From Mobula hypostoma (Eukaryota), in contig NC_086108.1 of assembly GCF_963921235.1 (NCBI RefSeq), positions 17,050,001-17,114,000 of the forward strand: a stretch of DNA of 64,000 nt. Direction: 5' to 3'. The translations under genes and the position numbers were made by a program. Of this stretch, positions 37,660 through 49,590 are shown piece after piece. Position 1 is the stretch's first letter; the number at the start of each line of letters is the position of its first letter. Below the pieces are notes generated by a model. The model saw nothing but the letters and a program-made list of their open reading frames with translations. It did not search any database and was not told the origin of the DNA.

Positions 37660-39016
37660 CTGACTACAAACATTGCCCTTATATTGCCTACTTATTCTTG
37701 ATGTGTATCCATCATGTCAGTGCAGTTAATTTTTTTTAAACCCATTATATCAATCCACATGGTTGAATGAAAAGCTCTAGTAGTCATTAAACAAATATCA
37801 ACTCCATCCAATCATGGTGCCACATCAGCCTTGCAGTTAAAGCACCCAATCTTCATCTCTCATACAGGCAAAATAAAAAGTAATTCTGAATGCTATTTGC
37901 CTTAACTTATTATTGTTTGCATGATTTGAAGTTATCAGAAGATTGATACTGATGAGAGAGATAAGGGAGACAATGGAGAAGCGTTCAAAATGTTAATGAG
38001 AGAGGAGAGAGATTAACGAAAACAGACACAGTTCCGAGTATTGACAGACCAGTTGCCTTGAATCTGAACTGTTTAAAGTTTGATGGACAGGCAATACCCC
38101 AGCAGGGGGATAAAAAGAACAGGTTCGCTAAGGCAAGACAGACACCACGAGATCACGAGATAACGAGACCTTGGAAAAGCGGTGTGCCCCCCACAAGTTG
38201 GTGGGAGTTTGGAGGAATGGTCGCGGGAACTGCCCATAGACGCACAGGGTGAAAAGGTACGATCGGTGGGAACCTGGTGTGTGTGTCCGCCCTTGCTTGG
38301 GTGCCGGGTTCACCGCGGAAGAACGGTCGTATCCGGAATGGAGGGGTCACAGTCGGTGACCACAGAAGACATTAAAAGGGTTCGCCCGAAAGCTAACTGC
38401 GAAGAACAAAGGTCTGTGTGAATCAGATCTGCATATCATCCTCTCTCCCTCTCTCCAACGGCACAACAGCGATTACTGTGAACTGTACTCAGCTGAACTG
38501 AACTCTGCGTCACTTGAGACTGATCATTTTACCCCTAGACTGCAATAGAGCTTGATTGATTCCTATTATCCTAGTTCTGTGTACATGTGTTGTTTTATCA
38601 TTGCTAACCTGTTGCATTTATATCCTTACGATTAGAATACTGTGTTACTTATTTCTTTAATAAAACTTTCTTAGTTCCAGTAATCCAGACTCCAACTAAG
38701 TGGTCCATTTCTGCTGGTTTGGCAACCCAGTTACGGGGTATGTAACACTAACTACAAACATTGCCCTTATATTGCCTACTTATTCTTGATGTGTATCCAT
38801 CATGTCAGTGCAGTTAATTTTTTTTAAACCCATTATATCAATCCACATGGTTGAATGAAAAGCTCTAGTAGTCATTAAACGAATATCAACTCCATCCAAT
38901 CATGGTGCCACATCAGCCTTGCAGTTAAAGCACCCAATCTTCATCTCTCATACAGGCAAAATAAAAAGTAATTCTGAATGCTATTTGCCTTAACTTATTA
39001 TTGTTTGCATGATTTG
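37660..39016 (+). repeat. 269-bp direct duplication (37660-37928 and 38748-39016) flanking an LTR
   Basis: The two copies differ at only two positions that I could find. Confidence 0.95.
37929..38747 (+). mobile_element. LTR with an intact 3' end and a missing 5' end
   Basis: Ends in TGTAACA; TATA-like gataaaa at ~38109; AATAAA at ~38659. No matching TGT start or short TSD at the left junction. Confidence 0.72.
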
Positions 39017-39134
39017 TTCTTTTTTCTGCACATTGGGTATTTGGTAGTCTTCTTTTTAATGGGTTCTATTGGGTTTCTTTATTTTGTGGCTGCCTGCAAG
39101 AAGATGAATCTCAAAGTTGCATATAGTATACATA

Positions 39135-39936
39135 TGTAACACCCTGGTTACTGCGATGCTGTAGGTATTTCATTTTAGCAGTTCTGTATGAGCAATTAGT
39201 TCCGCTTTAAGTGTGTCTGATTTTGAGTTAAAGATAGGGGGCTATGTTGTTCATCTTAGGAATGGTGTGTCAGCCAGTCAGGATGGTGGAATTGGGAGAA
39301 GGTGTCAGAGAATGCTGGGCAGAGATGTTTCTGTGAGGACACTGGTGTGGGTCAAGGTCTTTTTGGTAGGAGCAAGAAGACAGGAGGAAAGATGGCTGAG
39401 GATGCTGTCTTTGTGCAGATGAATGACTTCAAGGAGAAAGGTCCGTTACTCCCATGGGGGAGCCCGTTTGTTTGAGATGGATTTCAAGTGACATTTGGAA
39501 GGTGGTGTGTGCTTTCACGCAGACAGTGGGTCCAGCAACTGAGTTAAAGACAACTTCAAGATGAGTTCCAACTTATGTGCACATTTGGACTGGGTTAACT
39601 GTAACTGGAAATATTTTTTCTTTTCTTTTTCCTATTAACTGTTCCATAAAACTGAAATCTGTAAATATGCTTTCTTTATAATTGTATGCGGGATATGATC
39701 TGTTATTTCTTGCCTATGGGTAATTGCAATTGGCAGCATTTACACGGTATTTGCTCAGATTGAGGTGTGAGTGGTCAAAACATCCTGGCTCTCCCGGTCC
39801 AGTGGGACCCAAGTCAGATCGATGCTAGGCGTATAGAGTTCGAGAAAGGTAGTTTTCTCACCACTGAGTCCATTGGTTTGTTAGTCAGGGGCTAACCACC
39901 TATGTTTCTCGATACACCTGGTAAAAAGGGGTTTCA
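39135..39936. mobile_element. Solo LTR (probably Gypsy-like) nested in a LINE/SINE tail
   Basis: TGTAAC...GTTTCA termini; 4-bp TSD cata (39131-39134, 39937-39940). The host tail resumes with aataaa...(tttgaac)n. Confidence 0.85.
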
Positions 39937-40342
39937 CATACTTGCTAATAAATGTACTTTGAACTTTGAACTTTGAGACTGGGTTAAAAAGGGTAAAAAA
40001 ATTCTCTGGAAAATAGTTCAAATACTTTTTCATACAAAGCTATAACTCACACTTGGACTACCTATTGCTATTCATAGACATTTAAGAATTTTGCTTGCGG
40101 TATTTCTACACTGAGAGAATTGCAAAAAATTAATTTTGTCCAGTATAAGCAGTCAGTGTCATGAAGAGGGTGATCCTAGGTGACATTAACTTTGCACGTG
40201 GCCTATCAGTGGCATCGACAGAGCTTTAGCAAGAGGGATTTCCTGCAGGTCAGTGGTGGTTATTTAATAAGGGAGCTATGAGTGCATTTGTCCATTGTAA
40301 GTGGCCTATCAGGGGCATCAACAAAACTCTACGAACTAAATA

Positions 40343-40885
40343 AAAGTACAGAAGAGATAAGCGGAGCGGCCATTGTACGGGAGCAGGCCAGTGGCAAAAG
40401 TAGAAGCTTTGGCTCAAAAGAGGCTTTGGCTCAGAGGAAGTATTGGCTCTGTGTAAAGCATCTGTTTAGGTTTCCTTTTTGTTTTTTTTTTGCCCTCGCT
40501 TACTGTACCATTTAAATGGCTGTGGTGTGCTCTTCATGCCAGATGTTGGAGAACTGGGAGACCCAGAGTCTCCCAGGGAATGGCATCTGCATGAAGTGCA
40601 TCTGGCTGCAGCTTCTTGAAGACCATGTTAGGGATCTGGAGCAGCAACTGGATAACCTTTGCCTTGTACGGGAGAGTGAGGATATAATTGATCAAAGTTA
40701 CAAGGAGGTAGTCACCCCGAAGTTGGAGGAGGCAAATAGCTGGGTGACCGTCAGGAGAAATGAAAATAGGCAGTTAGAGCAGAGCACCCCTGTGGCCATT
40801 CCCTCAAAAATAAGTATACCGCTTTGGATACTTTTGTGGGGGATGACCTCCCGGGAGAATGCCACGGTGACCGGGTTACATTAGC
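40343..40885 (+). mobile_element. CR1 5' UTR and ORF1 N-terminus
   Basis: CSSC...CICMKC followed by a leucine-zipper-like LEDHVRDLEQQL and WVTVRR, typical of CR1 ORF1. Confidence 0.75.
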
Positions 40886-41264
40886 TATATTTTGATTTCT
40901 CACAAATCTCAGTCATTAGGTTATCTGGCTCCAGCTGTCAGGATACGACTTATTTTGGCACTAAACTAGAGGATTAAATACCAGCCATATACTGTATAAT
41001 CAGAGACAAAAACTCCACTCATTTTATTTTGGCTTCTTTCCCAACTTTCTTCCCTTAGGATGAAATTTAGATCCAGGGTGTTATGGTTGTCTGCAGTAGG
41101 TAATTGAACACCCCTGACTTCCAGAGTGGAAACCGATGGTGATTTGGACACTTTGATGGTGATTAGTCTTTATGGCAATACACAGATAGCAAAGGTTTTG
41201 AAGGATATGGGCCAAAAGCAGGCAAGTGGGACTAGCTCAGCCAGGCAACTTAGTCAACATGGAC

Positions 41265-41398
41265 CTGACGAAGGGTCTCGGCCTGAAACGTCGACTGCAC
41301 CTCTTCCTACAGATGCTACTTGGCCTGCTGCGTTCACCAGCAACTTTGATGTGTGTTGCTTGAATTTCCAGCATCTGCAGAATTCCTGTTGTTTGTTT
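41265..41398 (+). mobile_element. 134-bp PLE pseudo-LTR 3' tip insertion
   Basis: Near-identical to 19911-20040; 15-bp TSD ttagtcaacatggac (41250-41264, 41399-41413). Confidence 0.9.
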
Positions 41399-42589
41399 TT
41401 AGTCAACATGGACTGGTTGGACTGAGGGCCTGTTTGTTCAGTATAACTCTACGGCTCCATTTTCATTGTTGGACATTTTCAGTAAATGTAAGTTTTCATA
41501 CAGGAAGGAAAACTATTTATTGGGAGCTTCACCAGTGGAAATCTGATTGGGTGATCTTAATTTTTTTAACATTCATTCTCCCTTTTGCTTATTGTGTTTA
41601 CCCAATTCTCCATGGCCTCCTAAAGACACCCAGCCCTGGTTTCTAATCTACTTCCACTCCCACCACTCTGCGCTTTGAATTTCACAACCTCACAAGGCTC
41701 TGGTCACCATGTATGCCTTTCTGGAGTCCAGATCTCCACACAAGTGGTTTGACCCCTCATTGAAGCTTTCATCTCCAGGCTCTGCACTCTATCTCTCCAG
41801 CCTCTAGGCTTGCATTAGGGGTCAGAACATCTGCCCTCATCATCCCAATCAAAGTTCAAAGGTTCATCTATTGTCAAAGTATGCATGCAGTATACAGCTC
41901 TGAGACTCTTCTTCTCCAGATAGCCATGGAAGTCATTGAAAGAGAAACACCAAACTCCTCCCTGCACAAAAAAGAATAGCAGCACGATCATCAAGCCTGC
42001 AACCCCCATCTCCATGAACAAAACGCAACAAGAACATTGGCCCCCAAACCTCCCACCACTGCATGAAATGCTACAAGAACATCTGCCCTCAAATCCTCTC
42101 CCCAACAGAAAAAACAACAAAAACATAACAAGCACATCGGCTTCCAAATCTCCTGCCCCCTCCCCCTCACAAAAGAAACTAGAAAGTACAGGTGACAACA
42201 CAGAATATAAAGACCATAAGAATGAAAAAGTCCATAGTCTAAATCTATACCTGAAGAACCTTGATAACATCCTCCAACATCATCAAAAGAGAGAGAGACA
42301 CAACTCCAATGCAGTGGCCTACCCTCTGGGCCCAGTAATTGGCTCCTTTCACTCTGGCAGCAGAGGAACCCCATCAGTGATTAAAAGGCAGGAAGTCGGT
42401 GCTGAACCCTCGCTCGGCTTCCACATTCACTTCAGTGTTTTATTCTTCCTTTTTGCTTTATTTGGTGAATAATGAAAGTTTTAATAGTTGAAATGGGGTC
42501 AAACATCATCTCATAGTTTCTTCACTTTGAGGCTTGCGCTCCTTTCCCAGAATCTTCTCGGCACAGCAAAGTGCTGGATTGCTCAATCC

Positions 42590-44000
42590 ATCCACAAACT
42601 AAATCGCAGTCTCCATCGACCTCCAAATTGAAAATCGCAGGATCCATCGATCTCCAACTTGTAAATCGCAGGATTGCAGGCTCCATCAATCTCCAAATTT
42701 GTCATGGTCCTGTCTGGCTGTGCCCCATCTCGCTCCTATCTCCTTGATTATGCCTTAATTCCAGTCGTTAGATTCCCAATTGCTGCTAGTTCACTTAATT
42801 ACAGCACACCTGGTTTCCATCAGAGACTGCAGGATAAGAGCTCTGGCATCACAACCACGGGTTGCCAGTTCGTTGGTCTATTCCTGAGTGATAACTTTGT
42901 TTCTAGACCACCTAGAACCGTTAGTTCTAAGTTCAGTTCTAGTTTCAAGTTATTCCATGAAAACTTGACGTCTCCATGTCAAGACTCTATATCAGAGCTC
43001 CGTGTCAAGATTCCTCCTGGTTATCTGTTGCATGTTCGCGAACGTGCAAGCACCTCTTAACCCTATCTTCGTGCCTGTGTCCTGCACTTGGGTTCGCTTC
43101 AGTTGCTCCGTGTAACAAAATTATAAATTGCGGGCTCCATCCATCTCCAAACTGTAAATTGCAAGCGCCATTGATCTCCAAATTGTAAATCACAGGCTCC
43201 ATCCATCTCCAGATTGTAAATCACAGGCTCCATCCATCTCCAGATTGTAAATCACAGGCTCCATCCATCTCCAAATTGTAAATCACAGCTTCATCGATCT
43301 CCAAATTGTAAACTGCAGACTCCATCGATCTCCAAATTGTAAACTGCAGACTCCATCGATCACCAAATTGTAAATCACAGGCTCCATTGAACTCCAACTT
43401 GCAAATCACAGGCTCAATCAATCTTCAAACTGTAATTCGCATGCTCCATCGATCACCAAATTGTAAATCACAGGCTCAATCAATCTCCAAATCGTAAATC
43501 ACAGGCTTCATCAGTCTCCAAATTGTAAATCACAGGCTCCATTGATCTCCAACTTGCAAATCACAGGCTCAATCTATCTCCAAACTGTAAACCGCAGGCT
43601 CCATTGATCTCCAAATTGTAAATCGCAGCTCCATCCATCTCCAGATTGTAAATCACAGGCACCATTGATCTCCAAATTGTAAACCGCAGGCTCAATCAAT
43701 CTCCAAACTGTAAATCGCAGCTCCATCGATCTCCAAATTGTAAATCGCAGCTCCATCCATCTCCAGATTGTAAATCACAGGCACCATTGATCTCCAAATT
43801 GTAAACCGCAGGCTCCATCGATCTCCAAACTGTAAATCGCAGCTCCATCGATCTCCAAATTGTAAACCACAGGCTCCATCGATCACCAAATTGTAAATCG
43901 CAGCTCCATCGATCACCAAATTGTAAATCACAGGCACCATTGATCTCCAAATTGTTAATCACAGGCTCTATCGATCTCCAAATTGTAAATTGCCGGCTCT
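42590..44000. repeat. 30-31 bp minisatellite, interrupted by an LTR
   Basis: Unit tgtaaatcacaggctccatcgatctccaaat; roughly 28 copies at 43118-44000 and ~3 degenerate copies before 42700. Confidence 0.95.
42700..43117 (+). mobile_element. Solo LTR related to the LTR at 27800
   Basis: TGTCA...TAACA termini; 5-bp TSD aaatt (42695-42699, 43118-43122). Shares tgtcatggtc, gcacacctg...ctgcag and gtcctgca(c/t)ttgggttc with the 27800 LTR. Confidence 0.85.
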
Positions 44001-44292
44001 AATAGTTCCAGAAACACATTTAAGTTGAAAAGCAGATGCAAAAGAAGTGAAATAAACAGTTCTGTGGTCTATCCAGAAGATGTTGACTGAGGCAGGCACC
44101 ATCTTGTCCCCCATGTGCCTTCCCTAGTTCTGCAATGTATAAAGATAATTATGACATAGAAGTTTATAGTGGCAGAACCATGATTAAAATAGTCACTGGT
44201 ATGTTGTGCAACAGGCCTTTGGCAGGTGTTTAACAGTATTGACCAATTTCTAGGCATTATTTTGATTTGAATTATATTCATTCTTGTGTCAT

Positions 44293-44833
44293 CATTATCA
44301 CAGTGTATTGGATATTTATTTATAATCTAGATGCTCTGGGAAGGTGGATGGTACGTCTTCCATTTGACCCATATTTTGAAATAGTTAAAAGTCAATGTTG
44401 GTGATATAATCTCGAAGCCAGGCCCACTGTAGATCCTGAAAGACATCTAACCTATCAAGGCTTTAATGGCAGTCTTACAGTTTCTGAGTCACTCCATATG
44501 ATAAACAAACGTGAATTCATGATGGGCATCTGTACTCCTAATCTCAGAGTTGCTGGTCAAGGAACATAGCCTCTGAACCACTGGATCTATGACTGGTACC
44601 TAGCTTATTGTCCTCATGCAGCAGCAACTCTTCACCTGTGATCTATTCACCTTAGAACCTCAGCAGCAAGTGCTTGAAAATTGTCTATTAACATTTGGCC
44701 AATGCAACCAACCCCTGGATGTTGTAAACTCATAGAGTATCCAAAATAGTAAATAATAGCAAATGAATGATACACCATCCACCTTCCTAGAGCATCTAGA
44801 TTATAAATAAATATCCAATACACTATGATTATG
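44293..44833. repeat. 60-bp inverted repeat pair around a ~420-bp spacer
   Basis: 44293-44352 is the reverse complement of 44774-44833, with 3 mismatches. Confidence 0.9.
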
Positions 44834-45251
44834 TTTGAATGTAGAATTGTGATGGATTCACTGTCCAGGGCCAGATGACCTTTCTAAAGCAGCAACTGAA
44901 ACTTCTAGAAATCAATAGGTTATTCTTCAGTAAGATAAATTTCCAACCAATATACTTTGTACAGCTTCTTGTTGTAAATGAAAGCCTGTCTTCAGTTTTT
45001 AATGTAAAGACAAACAATAATCAGTCTGAAGTTGAAAGGACAGCATTGCAAACAAAGAGTGTCTACAGAACATGGGATTCTGGTTCAGAGCACCTGTGCT
45101 GATTTCTCAGGGGTTGTAGTTTAAGACTATGGGGTTATTTCCCCCAGGATCAATAAAGTATGACTATGACTATGATTTGATTGGGCTTGTTTCAATCCAG
45201 ACAACATGGCTAAGTTATTTAGTTCAATGAAGCTTGCAGACCAGATTGATA

Positions 45252-46931
45252 CAGGTTTCCCCCACCATCCGAAGGTAGAGCGTTCCTATGAAATGGTTCG
45301 TAAGCCGGAATGTCATAAAGCGAAGAAGCAATTACCATTTATTTATATGGGAAAATTTTGTGAGTGTTCGCAGACCCAAAAATAACCTACCAAATCTTGC
45401 CAAATAACACATAAAACCTAAAATAACAGTAACATATAGTAAAAGCAGGAATGATATGATAAATACACAGCCTATATAAAGTAGAAATGCTTTTCCACAA
45501 TCATTGCCTGCACTGTTCACCGTAGTGAAAATCTCATGCAAGCGCTCTCGGCAGAAACATGGCACAAGCGCAATCAGCAAAAACACGGCGCAAGCACTCT
45601 CGGCAGAAAATCTCACGCAAGCGCTGTTGGCAAAAACACTCTCTCCAGTAAGCTATGAAGCTGCCAAATCATACCAAATAACACGTAAAAATACACAGCC
45701 TATATAAAGTAGAAATAATGTATGTACATTGTAATATCACTTACCGGAATCGGGAAGACAGCGCAGAGCACACTGATGATGGTGTGTTAAGCTGAGTCGT
45801 TGGAGGGTGGAGTGGTGCAGTGGCTCCCACCCTCCAGGCAGTGACCCGATATGATCCGCGAAGCATGCAGGGGTACAGCAGTAGCCGGGAGGCACACAGC
45901 ACAACTTTAAGAAAAAAGCTGAAATAAACATGCTAATTAATTAGGTGCCACCCGGCACATAAATGTCGGCCCAGATCAGAGGCAATTGCCGATTGCATCC
46001 CCTCTGATCTGGGCCGACAATTACGTGCCGGGCGGCATGTTTATTTCAGCTTTTTTCTTAAAGATGTGCTGTGTGCGTCCTGGCTACTGCTGCATTCTCC
46101 GCAAATCGGTATCTGTCCGCGGCCTGGGGGTTGGGGTGGTGGGACACTGGGGTGTCATCTCATCGTCATCTGTTTCCATTAGGGCAGGCAGCTCATCTTC
46201 TCCTATGACTGCCCGCCTCGATGTCGAAGATCGAGGTTTGTCGTCTGCTGTGGCTGAAGTGGAAGGCTTGAAAAACGACCGTACGCTTGACTGCTAGCCT
46301 CGCGCATTTTTCTATCATACAGTTCTTTGTAAGAACTCAAACCATCCTGCAAATATGCCCTAAACCAACCTATCCTTTCAAAATTAAAGTCATACTTTAT
46401 CATTGCAGTGAAAATCTCACGCAGTCACTTTCGGTCTGTTCGCTACTGCATTCGGTTTCGATTGTTATCCTTTCCTCTTCCAATTGCATCAGCTCTTCAT
46501 CTATCAGTTCTTGGTAATGGGATGCCAAAACTTCTTCAATATCATCTTCGTCAGCTTCCACAAGCCAAACTCACTTAGTCCTTACTTCGTTCACCACGAT
46601 CGAAACGCTTAATTATGTCTAGTCTTACACTAAGTGTAACACCCTTACAAGCTCTTTTAGGCTTTTCCGATACCTTAGAACTCATCTTGCTAACGGCTGC
46701 TCACAGGCACGTGTTTAAGCAATGCCGGTGAGAATGCAGTTCCGAATCCGGGGGAGAGCGGCTGCTCGGGGCGCGTACTGCTTTTTTTTTTCGCGTGCTG
46801 CCTTCTTTGTGCGCTGCCTTCTTTTCTTAACAGTGAAAACACCTTCTGTTCATGAAAACAGGTAACTAATGTAGGTCTTTCGTAACAGTGAGGTTTCGTA
46901 AAGCGAACGCTTGAAAAGCGGGGGACACCTG
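45252..46931 (-). mobile_element. Internally deleted Tigger/pogo (Tc1-mariner superfamily) DNA transposon
   Basis: TIRs caggtttccccc / gggggacacctg and a TA TSD (45250-45251, 46932-46933). The minus strand gives an N-terminal HTH remnant (MSSKVSEKPKRACKGVTLSVRLDIIKRFDRGER) joined to an acidic C-terminal remnant (DIEEVLASH.QELIDEELMQLEEER...YKELYDRK). Confidence 0.88.
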
Positions 46932-48339
46932 TACCATCACTTAGCACATCAAAAGGCTGATCTGTTAATAGTTGGAAGGTTTGTCTGCCCAGAGAGTCAG
47001 CATTCGCAGCATTAATTGTGGGAATCTCGGAACTCTTGTCTCCAAAAGCTTTTAGACTGTTTGAATAAAAAGGTATCTGAAGAAGTCTGAAGTCACATAA
47101 CTCGCAGAAAAACAGCATAAATCTAGAGTAGTCTGGCTTATTAGGAATGGTCAATGAACACTAAGAAGAATGACAGAAAGACGGGGAACTAGAATCCATT
47201 CTTCTGCTTTAAATTTTTGCAATGGATGATTCGTTCATCTGTGACTCATTGGTGCATCTTTTTAAATTATAGGAATTATGTTTCTGTTTTGAAAATTTTT
47301 ACTGTTTTATAAATCATTTGTAATTTGGAAGTGGTTTTTAAGATAGAAAATCTCTATGATCTTTAAATGTATTTTAAGAATTTTGTCTAGATTTAAACGT
47401 GTACCACTAAAATTAAATGAACTGTGTTCAAGCTGCTTTGTTAGCTGAGAGTATCTCTTCCTTGGTGGGAGCAGGCTCACTACTCAAATAGTGAGCATTG
47501 GCAGCTAAACTTGCCATGGAGGATAAACAGTGAAGTTAACTAGTTTTTGAAGGGTAGGTAGCTACAGTATAATCTCCCTTTAGTGAGAGTATGTTTCTTG
47601 TGGTTGATTGGTGAGTGGGTGATCTGTTAATTATTTGTGTGTTGGGGGGGTTGCAGGTTTTGGTACTATTGTTGCTGTTCTTTTCTGCGAGTGAGGAGGT
47701 AGAGGATTGTTATTGTCGCTGTTTTTACTGCGGAGGAGGATTTGGGGATTTGTTATTGTCACCTCTGTTTTTTCTGCAGGGGAGGGGAGATTTGGGGGTT
47801 TGCAAGTTTTGTTTATTTTTCTTTTTCATGCCAGGGGTGGAGAGTTGATGTCTTTTTCTTTCAACAACCCTGTGGTCTCTGTATTTCATGGCTACCTGGA
47901 GAAGACGAACATCAGAGTTGTATTGTACATACCTACTCTGACAATAAAATGTCCTTTGAACCTTTGACCTTTGATCTTCCAAGTGTTGCAGCTTATCACA
48001 GACTATCATTTTTTGCTCTCTTCTTTTCCCCTGTGTTTCTGTGTATTAGTTTATTTCCAACTTTCCCCAAATCTAACAAAAATCATTAAACCGAAACATT
48101 AACTCCTCCAAAGGTGCTGGATGACTAGACTATTTCTAGAGTTTTTTGGGTTCTTTCCTTTGTCAGATTTACAGTATCCATAGTGTTTTGCATTTTCAAT
48201 CACCTAATCCATGACTGGGAATAAAATGTTAAGATGCAAATCTAATAATGAACTGGAATACATATGTACTTCATAGTTGGAAGAAGAAATTTACACTTTT
48301 GAGTGGCTTAGAACCTCTGGATTTATAAAGAATTCATGG

Positions 48340-48640
48340 TCAATTGTATTTTAAAGTGTAGACGGGTCGTAGAATAGGAAATGCAGCAGCCAAATGAAAA
48401 TATGTGAAGGTCACAAAAACATCAATGTGATAATGACCAGGTGAGTTGTTCTTGTAGGCCCTGATGGGATGATAAGTATTCTCTAGGACACTGGCGGGGT
48501 CTCTCCTGCTCACCTTTAAATGGCATTCTTGGGTCTTTTACCACCCTCTGCGAGAGCAGACGGTGCCTCACTTATTGTCTCATATGAATTATATAATCTC
48601 CAGAACTATCTGGTACTATATTGTCAATGTCAATGCAGAT
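48340..48640 (-). mobile_element. Ancient Deu-domain SINE (SacSINE1/AmnSINE1-like)
   Basis: The reverse complement reads ...gaggcaccgtctgctctc...gtaaaagaccc...gagcagg...gtgtcct..., matching the Deu core as I recall it. A + strand 3' portion lies at ~56390-56545. Confidence 0.62.
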
Positions 48641-49590
48641 ATCGCCTTCAATTTGATAAACCTGTTATCTTCAGAGCCTTGTGTAAGTCTGTGATAACTG
48701 ACTCACAGCTGATACACAATTCCGAAATCGAAAGAAATGCAGAACGAAAAGCACTTTTTAAAATGATCTTTCAGATTCACTGCTGATATCACATCAACAT
48801 TGCTTTCAAATGATGAAATGAATTGAAATACCAGGTTGATTCCTGGCGAAATGTCAGCTTTATGTTGCATCTGCCTTAAATGAAATGTCTATCTTGTTCA
48901 CTTATTATTTACCCATTGGTCCCATTTTGGATTTGGTGACTAATCCGATCAATTATTCTACAGTAAAGCCAGACATGTGGCACTGAAAACCCCAGTAACT
49001 GAGAGCAGGGCCAAGGTTATCTTTTCCTCATCCAAGAGTTTTCTAACAGCAGTGTAAAAGCTATTCCTGAGCCCTGCGGTACTGTTCTCAAGATTTTGTA
49101 TCTTCTGCCCAACAGAGAGGGGAGAAGCAAATATGACTGGGGAGGGAAGGGTCCTTGATTATGTTATCTGCTTTCCTGAAACAGCGAGATCATAATGATT
49201 TTTGTGGATTCGTTTGATTGAGCTCATTTAAGAACAGGTTGCATGCTCCAGTTTCTTGAAACTGAAAGCAATCTTTAAACAATTAGATATTTTCATTTTC
49301 TATCCCTAATATTGTGTTTGCATCTTTTTAGGCACTTTGAGTCATTGTATCCCTTTGATTAGAGGTGACTGTGGGATGTCAACATGGCAGGACGTGAGAT
49401 CTCAGATGATTAGCAGCTTTCAAGCTCACATAACCATCACTGGAATGTTGGTACTGCTTCTTACAAGGACAAGTGTGCAACAAATTCGGCTCGCATATTG
49501 GACAGAAATGACTATTCTGAGCTCTCCAAAAGATATCCCTGATTCAGTCACTGGATACCAAATCCAAATGCTGTTACGCTCCAGAGAAAA

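Larger units (their letters stand above)
41848..44095 (-). mobile_element. Non-autonomous LINE/SINE-like element containing an expanded minisatellite
   Basis: (tttgaac)n-type tail at 41848-41865, also seen on the + strand at ~47575-47975; head aagatggtgc on the minus strand at ~44096-44105. Boundaries are approximate. Confidence 0.5.

Noticed and set aside
41815..42472. ORFs of 127-178 aa as host genes
   Set aside because: They lie in compositionally biased SINE-like sequence, are open on both strands, and have no domain motifs.
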